The notes below the pieces were generated by a model that had not been told where the DNA came from, did not search any database, and saw nothing but the letters and a program-made list of their open reading frames with translations. Source: Candidatus Limnocylindria bacterium (GTDB lineage: Bacteria; Verrucomicrobiota; Verrucomicrobiia; Limisphaerales; SIBH01). Taken from it: 24,755 nt of DNA. Made by a program: the position numbers and the translations under genes. The DNA lies in assembly GCA_035489355.1 (NCBI GenBank), contig DATHKK010000173.1:1-24755 (forward strand), in the 5' to 3' direction. Positions within the stretch are counted from its first letter, which is position 1. Each line of letters begins with the position of its first letter. Positions 1 through 9,610 of this stretch are shown here, one piece after another.

Positions 1-1905
1 CTCGGTGGCGAGCGGCGACACACTCACGTCCAGGCAACCGATGCTGTTGGTCTTCATGTTCAGCACGAGGATGTCGCCGTCCTTCACCTGCACCGGCGGA
101 TCGAGCAGCCACACACCGGTTTGCTTTTCCTTGCCGTGGTCCCGTGAGACTTTCCACGTATCTTTTATCCCGATGATTTCATAGCCGTTGGAGTAGCGCG
201 GTTCCTTGCGGTCGGCGTCGGCGTGATAAAAGGCCAGCCTCGTCTCCTTCTTCTCACCGGCGCGCTTGAGCGAAGCGGAGAATTGAACATTCGCGCCCGC
301 TTTGTTCCCGCGAAAAACGGTGCCGCCATGCTTCTCGTGTGGAATCAATTCCATCCGAATCGCCGCCAGCCCACCCGCGCTTAACGTCAATGAAATGGAA
401 TGGCCATCTGCCTTCGCGCTGAACAAGAGCGAGCCGTCCGCCTGCACCACGAAGTTGGTCATGATGCTCGTGTTCGTCTTGTAAGCGATCTGGTTCGTGA
501 CGTTCGTCAGGGCAGGGGAACTCTCCGTTGCGGCCAGCATGTTCGTGAGCTTCGTTTTGTTCGTCACCACGGTGATATTGGTCAACACCATCACGACTGG
601 AGTGGGAGCGAGCCAGCCGTCTTGGGATTTTACCAGCCTCGTGCGCAGCGATTTAGCCCACGCATCGACATCGGTTTTTCGCTTCTCAGCGGCGGAGTTG
701 GCCAGCTCAGCGATTTGTCCGCGCATCTTCTCGATGCGCCGCTGAAGATACGGACTGTCCACCACTTCCTCCGGCGGAAACGGATGCTCGTTGCTCCAGT
801 TCTTCAAGTCGGGATTCGGCGTGTATTTGTAATCGCTGTAAACGCCCCACTGCCGCACATCTGCGAAGAAAGCCTTGAGCGAATAAAAATCCTTCGTCGT
901 GAAGGGATCGAACTTGTGATCGTGGCACTCCGCGCAGCCAACAGTCAGGCCCATCCACGCCATGCCCACAGTGCGCGCGCGGTCTCCGCCGTACTTGGCG
1001 AGATATTCCTTCGGCTGCGCGCCGCCTTCGCGCGTGACCATGTTCAGGCGATTGAAGCCCGTCGCGACGCGCTGCTCGACGGTGTTGTTTGGCAACAGAT
1101 CTCCGGCGAGTTGTTCGATGGTGAATTGATCGAACGGTTTGTTCCTGTTGAACGCGTTGATCACGTAGTCGCGATACGGAAACACGTTCACGTTTTGGTC
1201 GCCGTGGTAGCCTACCGTGTCCGCGAAGCGCACCACGTCCAGCCACGGCACCGCCATGCGTTCGCCGAAGTGAGTCGAGGCGAGCAGACGGTCCACTTGT
1301 TTGGCGTAGGCGTTCGCGCTCTTGTCATTCACGAACGACGCGACTTCATCAGGGGTTGGCGGCAAGCCGGTCAAGTCGAGGCTCAAGCGTCGCAACAATG
1401 TCCGCCGATCCGCTTCCGTCGAAGGTTTGATCTTCTTCGCTTCGAGCTGCGCGAGCACGAAAGTATCGATGGGATTTGCCACCCATTTTTTGTTCCCCAC
1501 TTTCGGCAACTCGGGCCGTGTGGGTTTGATGAACGACCAGTGCGGCTCGTAGTTCGCGCCTTTCGCGACCCAGCGCTTGAGCAAATCTTTCTGCGCCGCC
1601 GTGAGCGTCTTGTGCGAATCCGGCGGCGGCATCACGTCATCTTCGTTCGTGGTGTAAATGCGTTTGATCAGTTCGCTCTCGCCAGCATTCCCTGGGACGA
1701 ACGCTTCCTTGGCCAGCGCTTCTTCCCGCACGTCGAGGCGCATCTTGGCCTTACGTGAATTCTTGTCCGAACCGTGGCAGCGGAAGCAATTGTCAGAAAG
1801 GATCGGGCGAATGTCGCGGTTGAAACTGAGAGGCGTCGTCGTGCCTTCCGCACAAACGGAAAGAGCCATCGCGAACAAGAACAAGATGATTGGGCGCACA
1901 CGCAT
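1..1905 (-). CDS. Planctomycete cytochrome c (PSCyt1) + DUF1549 (PSD1-associated) domain protein, 3'-partial (runs off window; DUF1553 expected beyond)
   Basis: Absent from the ORF track because it has no stop in the window. Hand translation from ATG 1905: MRVRPIILFLFAMALSVCAEG (signal-like), SFNRDIRPILSDNCFRCHG (CxxCH), NPIDTFV, LLRRLSLDLTGLPPT, FGERMAVPWLDVVRFADT, YRDYVINAFNRNKPFDQFTIEQLAGD, GCAECHDHKFDP. The translated stretches (including 660 down to base 1) are stop-free. The + strand ORF 400..1758 is its in-register antisense shadow. Confidence 0.92.
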   Translation of the reverse strand, partial: MRVRPIILFLFAMALSVCAEGTTTPLSFNRDIRPILSDNCFRCHGSDKNSRKAKMRLDVREEALAKEAFVPGNAGESELIKRIYTTNEDDVMPPPDSHKTLTAAQKDLLKRWVAKGANYEPHWSFIKPTRPELPKVGNKKWVANPIDTFVLAQLEAKKIKPSTEADRRTLLRRLSLDLTGLPPTPDEVASFVNDKSANAYAKQVDRLLASTHFGERMAVPWLDVVRFADTVGYHGDQNVNVFPYRDYVINAFNRNKPFDQFTIEQLAGDLLPNNTVEQRVATGFNRLNMVTREGGAQPKEYLAKYGGDRARTVGMAWMGLTVGCAECHDHKFDPFTTKDFYSLKAFFADVRQWGVYSDYKYTPNPDLKNWSNEHPFPPEEVVDSPYLQRRIEKMRGQIAELANSAAEKRKTDVDAWAKSLRTRLVKSQDGWLAPTPVVMVLTNITVVTNKTKLTNMLAATESSPALTNVTNQIAYKTNTSIMTNFVVQADGSLLFSAKADGHSISLTLSAGGLAAIRMELIPHEKHGGTVFRGNKAGANVQFSASLKRAGEKKETRLAFYHADADRKEPRYSNGYEIIGIKDTWKVSRDHGKEKQTGVWLLDPPVQVKDGDILVLNMKTNSIGCLDVSVSPLATE

Positions 1906-1951
1906 TGGAAAGTCAGACGGTGCAACCGGAAGGCTTATTCCGCAAGTGTTG

Positions 1952-2135
1952 CATCGCGGAGTGATGAAGTGATGGTAGCCGTGGGATTTATCCCACGGGC
2001 CGCCCTGAGCCGCGTCGCGAAGCGGCGGCTGACTCGGTGCAGCATTTTCAATCGTCGCTCCGCGACGAATGAACTCCTAGCGTATTGAAACGTGGCTTGA
2101 AAGCCATGGCTACCCTCATTAGGTCGCTCCATGAC
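1952..2135. repeat. REP/REPIN-like nested palindromic intergenic element
   Basis: Arms gatggtagccgtgggatttatcccacgg (1971-1998) and cgtggcttgaaagccatggctaccctc (2091-2117) are imperfect inverted copies, each with an internal hairpin. They are flanked and interleaved by degenerate gtcgcggagcgac-type palindromes (1952-1966, about 2014-2028, 2055-2066, 2123-2135). Confidence 0.6.
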
Positions 2136-2173
2136 TCCAATCCGTTGGCGTTAACTCTGGCGTTGAAACATTT

Positions 2174-2205
2174 GTGGCCGCTCCGTCTTTCGACGGAGCG
2201 GCCAC
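2174..2205 (-). terminator. Perfect 14-bp GC-rich hairpin with GAAA loop downstream of the GSDH-CHRD gene; probable terminator or RNA-stabilising stem
   Basis: gtggccgctccgtc-tttc-gacggagcggccac lies 25 nt after the stop at 2230. The following U-tract is weak (aaatgtttc on the - strand). Confidence 0.5.
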
Positions 2206-2229
2206 GGAATTCAAACGACGCTTCCGGCG

Positions 2230-4230
2230 TTAATCATCATCGTCATGATCGCCGTGATGATGATCATGGTCATCATTGTCGTCATTCGATGGGCGATAGA
2301 TTTCGTAGATCGCGCCACTGGAAAGCGAGACCACGAAGAGATTTCCGTTCGGTCCGGTTTGGATGTCCGTGCCCACACCGAAGCCGATGCCGAAGAGCAG
2401 GCTCTCGCTTTCGGTGATGTCGAACTTGGCGAGGTTGTCCGCGACCTTGTCTCTCAAGCGCCGATCGTCCGGTTTGATTTCGCGGCGGCTGCCATCGAGT
2501 TCGAGGCGGAAGAGCGTTCCACCTTGCAGCAGATCGCGCGCGGCGCCCACGATCATGTCGCCACGATATTTTCCGCCCAACTCACGACTGTTGATGAATC
2601 CAATTCCGGCCGGGGCCACTTCAAATTTCCAACTGAACTCGGGATTGCTGTAATGCGACTTCGGGCGCTCATCGAGGACGATCGCCTGGCCGCGGATTTC
2701 GCCGCTGGGATTGGCCAGCGTGTGGAGGTTCACGTAAGCCCGGCCTTGCCGCATGCGTTCGACCAGGTTCGCCAGCGTCGGCGTGAAGCCCGGGCGCGCG
2801 ATGATGTTCGTGTCGCGTAACGTTCCTTTGGCAATCCGATTGCCGCGCTCGAAATTTTCCCCGGTCGAAAGTCCATAAAGAAAAGCCACGATGGGTCCGT
2901 TTTGTCCTTTCGCGCCGAGATGAATGTGCGCGTGCGTCGCGCCTTCGATATTGGCGAGCGCGCGCAGCTCGAAGGTCAATCGGTTGTCGTCCTTTAGGTC
3001 AAACTCCGCGGTCGCGCGTGCGTCCGTGTCCACTACGGGCACTTCCTCGTCGCCTCGTAGCCACGCGCCGAATTCATCGCCGCCCTCGAAGACCCAGAAG
3101 AGCCGTTCCATCGCTTCCTCTTCGCTGTCCGCAATGTTGGTCGGTGGCCAGCGCAATTGTTGGAGGCCAAAGAAATTGGAACTGGTCTCGATGGCTTTGA
3201 ACTGAGCGAGCCGCGAACGAGGTCCCATGAGCTGCACCCAGCCGAGGTTCGCGCCCGGCTCCACCTGGTTGATTTCCGTGAAACTGTCGTCGCCGTTTTG
3301 CGCGTCCCAAAGCCTTCCCGAATACGGATCGAAGGCCATGCCGAAACCGTTGCGGATGCCGAAGGCGAAAACTTTCTGCAAGTTCGTGCCCGCTTCGCCG
3401 CCTCGCAGCGCGCCCGCTTTGTAGAAAGGATTGTCCTTCGGTATCGAGCCATCGTCCCGGAGCCGCAGGATGACGCCGGTGAGATGCGCGTTGTCCGGTT
3501 CCGGCCCGCCGAATTGATCGTCCGACAGATTGCCCGTGGGAACGCCGCAGGGCGGATTGGTGCAGCCAGGCCCGTCGGGCAAGTTTTGCAGTTGTCCACG
3601 CCGCCCATTGTCACCGATGAAGATGTACAATTTCTCGTCGTGGCCGAAACGGATCACGCCGCCATTATGATTGCCGCGCAACGGTTGCCCCGCGTCTGCC
3701 TGGAACGCGCGGAGCTGAATGATGTTGCGATCAAATGTGAGCGCAGAACCGTTCCAGATGAACCGATCCACCCGATTGCCCAGCAACGGCACCGACGCGA
3801 GATCGTTGGTGTCTTCACCCGTCGAGCTTTCTGTCCAATACAGATAAACGCCGCGGTTGCGTGGAAAATCCGGGTGCAACGCCAGTCCCAGCAAGCCGCG
3901 CTCGGAGGCACTGTTCACGGCGAGGTCCAGCGCGGGCGTCGGCTGAATGACGCCGTCGATGACTCGTTGCACTTTGCCGGAGTTTTTCTCCAACACGAGC
4001 AAGTCGTTTCGTCGGAGAAACGCCATCGAAGTGGGCGTGTCCAGGTTGGTCACCACGGCCCTGACGGCGAGATGAGGATCAACCAGGCTCGGCTGTGCGC
4101 TGAGTTCTGCGCCAGGTTGCGCGCACAGGGCGATCAAAGCGGCGCCAAAGATCCAGCGCGCGCATCGGCGCAGGGCTGTGTGTCCGTTCTTAAACATGTG
4201 GATACGTTGGAAGAATAACGATTTTCTCAT
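2230..4230 (-). CDS. PQQ-dependent sugar dehydrogenase family (glucose/sorbosone dehydrogenase, GSDH beta-propeller) with inserted CHRD domain and Asp/His-rich tail
   Basis: GSDH motifs PTSMAFL, ERGLLGLALHPDF, NHNGGVIRFG, AFGIRNGFGMAFDP, GANLGW, GVGTDIQTGPNGNLFV. CHRD motifs LRGDEEVP, THAHIH, AYVNLHT..PSGEIRGQ. Start placed at ATG 4230, which is preceded by AAAGGAG-TGT; signal-peptide-like N-terminus. Confidence 0.9.
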   Translation of the reverse strand: MRKSLFFQRIHMFKNGHTALRRCARWIFGAALIALCAQPGAELSAQPSLVDPHLAVRAVVTNLDTPTSMAFLRRNDLLVLEKNSGKVQRVIDGVIQPTPALDLAVNSASERGLLGLALHPDFPRNRGVYLYWTESSTGEDTNDLASVPLLGNRVDRFIWNGSALTFDRNIIQLRAFQADAGQPLRGNHNGGVIRFGHDEKLYIFIGDNGRRGQLQNLPDGPGCTNPPCGVPTGNLSDDQFGGPEPDNAHLTGVILRLRDDGSIPKDNPFYKAGALRGGEAGTNLQKVFAFGIRNGFGMAFDPYSGRLWDAQNGDDSFTEINQVEPGANLGWVQLMGPRSRLAQFKAIETSSNFFGLQQLRWPPTNIADSEEEAMERLFWVFEGGDEFGAWLRGDEEVPVVDTDARATAEFDLKDDNRLTFELRALANIEGATHAHIHLGAKGQNGPIVAFLYGLSTGENFERGNRIAKGTLRDTNIIARPGFTPTLANLVERMRQGRAYVNLHTLANPSGEIRGQAIVLDERPKSHYSNPEFSWKFEVAPAGIGFINSRELGGKYRGDMIVGAARDLLQGGTLFRLELDGSRREIKPDDRRLRDKVADNLAKFDITESESLLFGIGFGVGTDIQTGPNGNLFVVSLSSGAIYEIYRPSNDDNDDHDHHHGDHDDDD

Positions 4231-4465
4231 ACACTCCTTTTGTTTTTGGGAGGGCGAAAAATGCACGACACCGCTTTTGAATTGATGTCTGCAAAACCTC
4301 CTGTCGTGTGTAGGAGGCTCGATGCGGGGAACAGGTTCCGGGAAATTTTCAGTTTTGTTTTTGGGAAGTTATTTTAAGAGACGAGCACTCCCGCCCGGAT
4401 CATGTCGCCCACATTTCCAGCGCATGCGGCGAGTTCGATATCTTGTTCCTGATCCGTGCCTGATT

Positions 4466-4516
4466 CCTCCGGGCGAGACGCCACGGCTCTACCGCAGGCG
4501 GAACGCCCGCCGCCAC
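4466..4516. repeat. REP-like tandem palindrome remnant
   Basis: cctccgggcgagacgccacggctctaccgcaggcggaacgcccgccgccac contains two imperfect ggcg-N-cgcc palindromes joined by ctctac. It lies between divergent genes, with a possible degenerate left arm near 4385-4400. Confidence 0.4.
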
Positions 4517-4678
4517 GATGCGCCGGAAGGACTCCTTTCGTTTGCTTCTGTAGAAGTCCCCCCGGCGCCTTGGCGTTAAAACCACGGACATAAAGCCTCG
4601 AATTTCCCGCCTCGAATTGCCGTCAACGTCCCGTCACGCCGCAGTTTGGTTTCTGCTGTGAGCGAGGCGGTACCCGTA

Positions 4679-7024
4679 ATGTTTGCCAGACAACTTCAAA
4701 TTTTTACGCAGCTCGCGCTGCTGTGCGCTTTGGCGGAACAGCCTCGACTGGAAGGCGCCGAGCCGAGCCGAGTTCCCAATGGGCGCGACGTTTACCGGCA
4801 GCATTGCGTGAAGTGCCACGGCAAGACCGGCGAAGGGGTGAAGGGGAAATACGATGACGCGCTGCACGGCGATTGGGCGTTGGAAAAGCTCGCTCGCTAC
4901 ATCGATCGAAACATGCCCGAGGATGACCCGGACAAGTGCGACGGCCCCCAATCCGAGGCGGCGGCGCGGTACATCTACGACACGTTTTACTCGCGCGAAG
5001 CCCGGGCGCGGAACAATCCCGCGCGGGTGGAACTGGTGCGCCTGACCAATCGCCAGTACTTGAACACGGTTGCGGATTTATTGAAGCAGTTCGCAGCGAG
5101 TGACGCGGTCATTGGCGAAGAGCGGGGATTGCGGGCGAATTATCAACCGCGTGGCCAGCGGCGCAACCGGCAGTCCCTCGATCGCGTGGATCGCCAGGTG
5201 AATTTTGATTTTGGCTCCGGCACTCCCTTCCGAGAAATCGTGGACACGAACTCACTTTCCACCACAAACGCGCCGCGCAAGGTGACCAACGAATTTTCGA
5301 TGAACTGGCGCGGGTCGATCCTCGCGGACGAAACGGGCGAGTACGAGTTCATCGTCAAAACTCCTAACGGCACGCGGCTCTGGGTGAACGACGAGGACAA
5401 GCCGCTCATCGACGCGAGCGTGGCCTCGGAGAATCTCGACGAGCATAAGGCGACGGTGCGGCTCATTGGTGGCCGCGCCTATCCTTTGCGATTGGAATGT
5501 TTCAAAGCGCCGCGCGACAAAACCAGTTCCGTGACGCTGCTCTGGAAACCACCGCACATTGCGGAGCAGATCATTCCAGCGCGCAATCTTTCGCCCGCGC
5601 GCGCCTCGCCCACGTTTGTCGCAACCACGCCGTTCCCGCCGGACGATAGTAGCGTAGGTTATGAGCGCGGCGTGTCCGTTTCCAAGGCGTGGGACGACGC
5701 GACCACGCACGCGGCGATTGAAATGGCGAATTACGTCGGCAAGAACCTGGACCGCTTGTCGCGCAGCAAAGCGAGCGACACCAATCGTACGGCGAAGGTG
5801 CAATCGTTCTGCAATGAATTCCTCGCGGCGGCTTTTCGCCGACCATTGAGCGAGGAGCAAAAGCGGCTCTTCGTCGCCGCGCAGTTCAAGAACGCGAAGA
5901 AGCTCGAAGATGCCGTGACACGCGTGGTGTTGCTGGGCCTGAAGTCACCCCGCTTTCTTTATCTCGGTCTCGACGAGCGCAAGCCGGATGAATTCGAAGT
6001 GGCGGCACGGCTTTCCTTTGGCCTCTGGGATTCCTCGCCCGATAACGAGTTGGTAAAGTTGGCCACGCAAGGCGCCCTGCGCACGCCGGAGCAAGTGAAC
6101 GCTCAGGCGCAGCGGATGCTCGCCGATCCTCGCGCGCGTTCCAAAATGCAGTACTTCCTCCAGCACTGGTTGCAGATGAACCACGTCGATGATTTGTCGA
6201 AGGACGCGAAATTGTATCCGGGCTTCACGCCGGAAATCATCGCGGACCTGCGCACGTCGCTGAACGTCTTTCTGCACGATGCGGTTTGGAGTGGCTCATC
6301 GGACTATCGCAAGCTGCTGCTCGCGGATTACATGTTCGTCAACAATCGCCTCGCGGAATTTTACGGCATGAGTACGAACGCCACCGATGATTTCGTGAAG
6401 GTGAAAGTGGACGCGAAGGAGCGATCCGGCGTCGTGACGCATCCTTATCTGCTCGCGGCGTTTTCGTATCAGAAGTCAACGTCACCCATTCATCGTGGCG
6501 TGTTCTTGACGCGGAACATCATCGGCCGCGCCCTGAAATCGCCGGCCATGGCGATGACCTTTAAGGATTCTGATTTCGCGCCGAACCTGACGATGCGCGA
6601 AAAAGTGGCGGAGCTAACGCGACCGCAAGCGTGCCAGGGCTGCCACTCGGTCATCAATCCGCTCGGCTTCAGCCTCGAACATTACGACGCGGTCGGACGG
6701 TTCCGGACGCGCGAGAACGGGAAGCCGATTAACGCGGCGAGTGATTACACCACGGACGACGGCGAAACGGTGCGGCTGACCGGCGGGCGCGACGTGGCGG
6801 AGTTTGCCGCGACCAGCGAGCACGCGCAGAATGGCTTCATCGAGCAACTGTTTCACAGCATTGTAAAGCAGCCGATGCTTGCCTATGGTCCCGACATCAT
6901 GGACCGCCTGCGAGCATCCTTTGTGGCGTCCGAGTTCAACATGCAGAAGCTGCTGGTGAACATCGCGACGGTGTCCGCGCTGCACGGGATCGAGAAACCA
7001 AAATCATCCGGGAACAAATCATGA
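4679..7024 (+). CDS. DUF1592/DUF1588/DUF1595/DUF1585 family protein with N-terminal c-type cytochrome and PA14 domain
   Basis: Signal-like N-terminus. [10 protein letters not shown] (CxxCH, 4805-4819); [16 protein letters not shown]; PA14-like [28 protein letters not shown]; [10 protein letters not shown]; LKSPRFLY; [15 protein letters not shown]; TSPIHRGVF; [25 protein letters not shown]. Start placed at ATG 4679 (the ORF track opens at TTG 4646). Confidence 0.92.
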   Translation: MFARQLQIFTQLALLCALAEQPRLEGAEPSRVPNGRDVYRQHCVKCHGKTGEGVKGKYDDALHGDWALEKLARYIDRNMPEDDPDKCDGPQSEAAARYIYDTFYSREARARNNPARVELVRLTNRQYLNTVADLLKQFAASDAVIGEERGLRANYQPRGQRRNRQSLDRVDRQVNFDFGSGTPFREIVDTNSLSTTNAPRKVTNEFSMNWRGSILADETGEYEFIVKTPNGTRLWVNDEDKPLIDASVASENLDEHKATVRLIGGRAYPLRLECFKAPRDKTSSVTLLWKPPHIAEQIIPARNLSPARASPTFVATTPFPPDDSSVGYERGVSVSKAWDDATTHAAIEMANYVGKNLDRLSRSKASDTNRTAKVQSFCNEFLAAAFRRPLSEEQKRLFVAAQFKNAKKLEDAVTRVVLLGLKSPRFLYLGLDERKPDEFEVAARLSFGLWDSSPDNELVKLATQGALRTPEQVNAQAQRMLADPRARSKMQYFLQHWLQMNHVDDLSKDAKLYPGFTPEIIADLRTSLNVFLHDAVWSGSSDYRKLLLADYMFVNNRLAEFYGMSTNATDDFVKVKVDAKERSGVVTHPYLLAAFSYQKSTSPIHRGVFLTRNIIGRALKSPAMAMTFKDSDFAPNLTMREKVAELTRPQACQGCHSVINPLGFSLEHYDAVGRFRTRENGKPINAASDYTTDDGETVRLTGGRDVAEFAATSEHAQNGFIEQLFHSIVKQPMLAYGPDIMDRLRASFVASEFNMQKLLVNIATVSALHGIEKPKSSGNKS

Positions 7025-8334
7025 ATTCAATCCATCGCCGGCAATTCGTCAAACAACTCGGGCTTTCCGCGGCGTCGCTGCCGTTTCTCATGGGACTGCC
7101 GAGCCTCGGACTCGCGGCGCCCGCGCGCCCACGCCAGCGTCTCGTCATCATGTTCAGCCCGAATGGCACGCTGCCGCCGTCCTACTGGCCGGATGAAACG
7201 GGCGCAGATTTCCAGCTCAAGGAAATCATGACGCCGCTGGCGCCGTTCAAAGATCGGATGCTCATTGTGAAGGGCCTTTCCAACAAAGTGCGCGGCGATG
7301 GCGACGGCCACATGCGCGGGATGAGTTGCCTGCTCACGGGCATCGAACTTTTTCCCGGCAACATCCAGGGCGGCTCGGACACACCGGCGGGGTGGGCGAG
7401 CGGCATTTCGATCGATCAGGAATTGAAGAATTATTTCCAGGGCCGCGAGGAGACGCGTACGCGCTTTGGCTCGTTGGAATTTGGCGTTGGCGTCACGGAC
7501 CGCGCCGACCCGTGGACGCGCATGTCGTACGCCGGTCCGAACAAACCGGTCGCGCCCGTTTCTGATCCTTATCAGATGTACCAGAAGCTTTACGGGCAAC
7601 TGAAAGAGAAGCAGAGCCTGCAAAGCGTGCTCACCGATGTGCAGATGGATTTGAAGAAAGTCAGCAAGCTGATCAGCGCGGAAGATCGTCGGATGATCGA
7701 AGAGCACCAATCGCTCGTCCGCCAGATGGAGAAAGAGATCAAAGACTCCGAGCGGCAAAAGCTGCGCGTGACGCCACCGACCTTCGAGGAAGGCGTCGCC
7801 GATCAGAACGACAACGTGCCGCGCCTCAGCCGCATGCAGATCGATCTGCTTGTGAACAGTTTCGTGAACGACATGGCGCGCGTGGCCACGTTGCAGTACA
7901 CGAAGTCCGTCGGCTCAGCCCGCATGAACTGGCTGGACATCAAAGACGGTCACCATTCGCTTTCGCACGAGCCGGACAAGGACGAAACCGCGCAGGCGAA
8001 GCTGCTGAAGATCAACAAATGGTTCTGCGGCGAACTGCGTTACCTCGTCGAGAAACTCTCCACCACTCCCGAGCCAGGCAGCAATGGCACCTTGCTGGAC
8101 AACACGCTCATCGTCTGGACCAACGAACTCGGCAAAGGCAACTCGCACACGCTCGATAACATTCCGTTCCTTCTCGTCGGCGGCGGGTTTGGTTTCAAGA
8201 TGGGCCGTTCGCTCAAGTTCGACAAAGTAGCGCACAACCGTCTGCACCTCGCTCTCGCGCACGGCGCTGGCCATCGCATCGAAACCTTCGGCAAGAAATC
8301 ACTCTGCGAAGGCGGGCCGCTCGCCTTGAGTTAA
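7021..8334 (+). CDS. DUF1552 (HXXSHH) domain protein, Tat-type signal
   Basis: HRRQFVK Tat-like motif; [10 protein letters not shown]; GDGHMRG; SIDQ; HHSLSH; [23 protein letters not shown] overlap with the DUF1592 gene, the usual gene pair. Confidence 0.93.
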   Translation: MNSIHRRQFVKQLGLSAASLPFLMGLPSLGLAAPARPRQRLVIMFSPNGTLPPSYWPDETGADFQLKEIMTPLAPFKDRMLIVKGLSNKVRGDGDGHMRGMSCLLTGIELFPGNIQGGSDTPAGWASGISIDQELKNYFQGREETRTRFGSLEFGVGVTDRADPWTRMSYAGPNKPVAPVSDPYQMYQKLYGQLKEKQSLQSVLTDVQMDLKKVSKLISAEDRRMIEEHQSLVRQMEKEIKDSERQKLRVTPPTFEEGVADQNDNVPRLSRMQIDLLVNSFVNDMARVATLQYTKSVGSARMNWLDIKDGHHSLSHEPDKDETAQAKLLKINKWFCGELRYLVEKLSTTPEPGSNGTLLDNTLIVWTNELGKGNSHTLDNIPFLLVGGGFGFKMGRSLKFDKVAHNRLHLALAHGAGHRIETFGKKSLCEGGPLALS

Positions 8335-8453
8335 GCAGTCGGAGCGCGGTGTTCACGCCTCTTCGTGACCCACGAGATGAGTTGCTGGCAGAATGGTCGC
8401 ATCGTTCCGTTCGAAAATGGGACTCCATGACATGCGCGTTTGCGGCAGACTTT

Positions 8454-8476
8454 CCTCTCCCCTCAAAGGGGAGAGG
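8454..8476. repeat. Short REP-like hairpin (cctctcccct-caa-aggggagagg) between convergent genes; may also act as a terminator
   Basis: Perfect 10-bp stem with a 3-nt loop in the gap between the DUF1552 gene (+) and the TIM-barrel gene (-). Confidence 0.45.
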
Positions 8477-8535
8477 GAGAATCGCATCCAACCGTCGAAG
8501 ATTCTTCCCTTCCGTGACGACTGACTCGTTCCCGC

Positions 8536-9425
8536 TCAAAGCAAATCCTGATACGCCAGCCAGAGCGCGCGGAAGTAGCGCATGACGCGCACCGGATCGG
8601 TGCTGGGAGGAATTTCGGCGAGACAATAGCCGGCGAACTGAATGTCATTCAGCCGCGCGAACAGTTTGCGAAAGGGGTAGTCCTCAATGGACAAGTCGCG
8701 CAGGTGGACGGAGACAATCTCGTTTTTCACGAGATCGAAATTGTGATCGAAGCCCGTGCCGTCGAGGTCCGTTGGATTGAATTCCAGCACACACCGACAC
8801 TCGGATGGTCCGCGATCTCGATGATGCGCTTGATGTTCGGCAGGAGCTGCGTGCCGGCGCCGTGGACTTCGACGTGAATGACCTGCCCGTGCTCTTTCGC
8901 GAAGCCGCCCAATTCGCGCAGGGAACGGCCGATTTGCTCCAGCGTTTTCTCGACCGGCACTTCCTTCGGCAAACCGTTGGGTCGCACCTTCACTCCCCTG
9001 GCGCCCACGTCCTACGCGAGGACGATGTATTCCTTCGTCGCCTCAATGTCCTGGCGCAGCTTCGGCTGGTCCGGCGTGTGAAAATCAAACGCGCTGCCGA
9101 GTCCCATCAACTCGACCTTCGAATCGGCGAACCGCTTCCGCACCTCGGCGCGCTCCTCCTTGCCCAGGGAAACCTCCACGCCGTGCTTGTGGCTCGTGCG
9201 CAACTCGACGCCCTGGAAACCCGTCCCCTCGCAATTCCTGATGATCGTCGGCACGTCCCAGTCCTGCGCGAGATTGTAAGTGACCGTGCCCAGCTTCATA
9301 CGCGGTGCTCGCACGAGAAAACTTTTCTGGCCCGCCGCCTCCGCCGCAAAACTCTCGCGTGTCAGAGCCAGAGCGGCTCCGGTGAAGGCGGCGGCCTTGA
9401 GAAAAGATCGTCGCGTGGATTTCAT
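8536..9425 (-). pseudogene. Tat-exported sugar phosphate isomerase/epimerase (xylose isomerase-like TIM barrel, AP endonuclease family 2), interrupted twice
   Basis: Three ORF-track pieces join into one protein: MKSTRRSFLK.., LGTVTYNLAQDWD, GFQGVELRT, YIVLA-TAG(9012-9014)-DVGARGVKVRPN in the same frame, VEVHG, VCWNS then a 1-nt loss at about 8777-8779 (TGG AAT TC- AAT CCA) into NPTDL..SVHLRD..GYCLAEIP. Confidence 0.85.
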
Positions 9426-9570
9426 GCGCCGATGAGAGCACTCACCGACATGAGTTGTCGAAGCGATTCAGGGCCGCAAAAGTGCCTCCTAATCACATCT
9501 GACACTCACTATTACTCTCTCAATCATGCCCATCTCTTGTGGAATGAATTCGTGACCAAACGATTAAACT

Positions 9571-9598
9571 TTGTCGCCTGTCAAACTGCGCCCATAAT
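9571..9598 (+). promoter_or_regulatory. Possible sigma70-type promoter for vsr
   Basis: TTGTCG-16 nt-CATAAT, ending 12 nt before ATG 9611. Confidence 0.3.
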
Positions 9599-9610
9599 CT
9601 CCGGTTTTGA

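Noticed and set aside
400-1758. 452-aa + strand ORF
   Set aside because: In-register antisense shadow of the PSCyt/DUF1549 gene; no recognisable motifs.
1952-2205. CRISPR array, tRNA or riboswitch in the palindrome-rich gap
   Set aside because: No regularly spaced direct repeats, no cloverleaf, and no recognisable aptamer consensus.
3157-4218. 353-aa + strand ORF (also 2245..2820)
   Set aside because: Antisense to the well-supported GSDH-CHRD gene; typical high-GC shadow frames.
9012-9014. Possible amber recoding (TAG read as Gln or Pyl)
   Set aside because: Only one in-frame TAG was seen, the same gene also has a frameshift, TAG ends another ORF (11857-11859), and no pyl genes are present.
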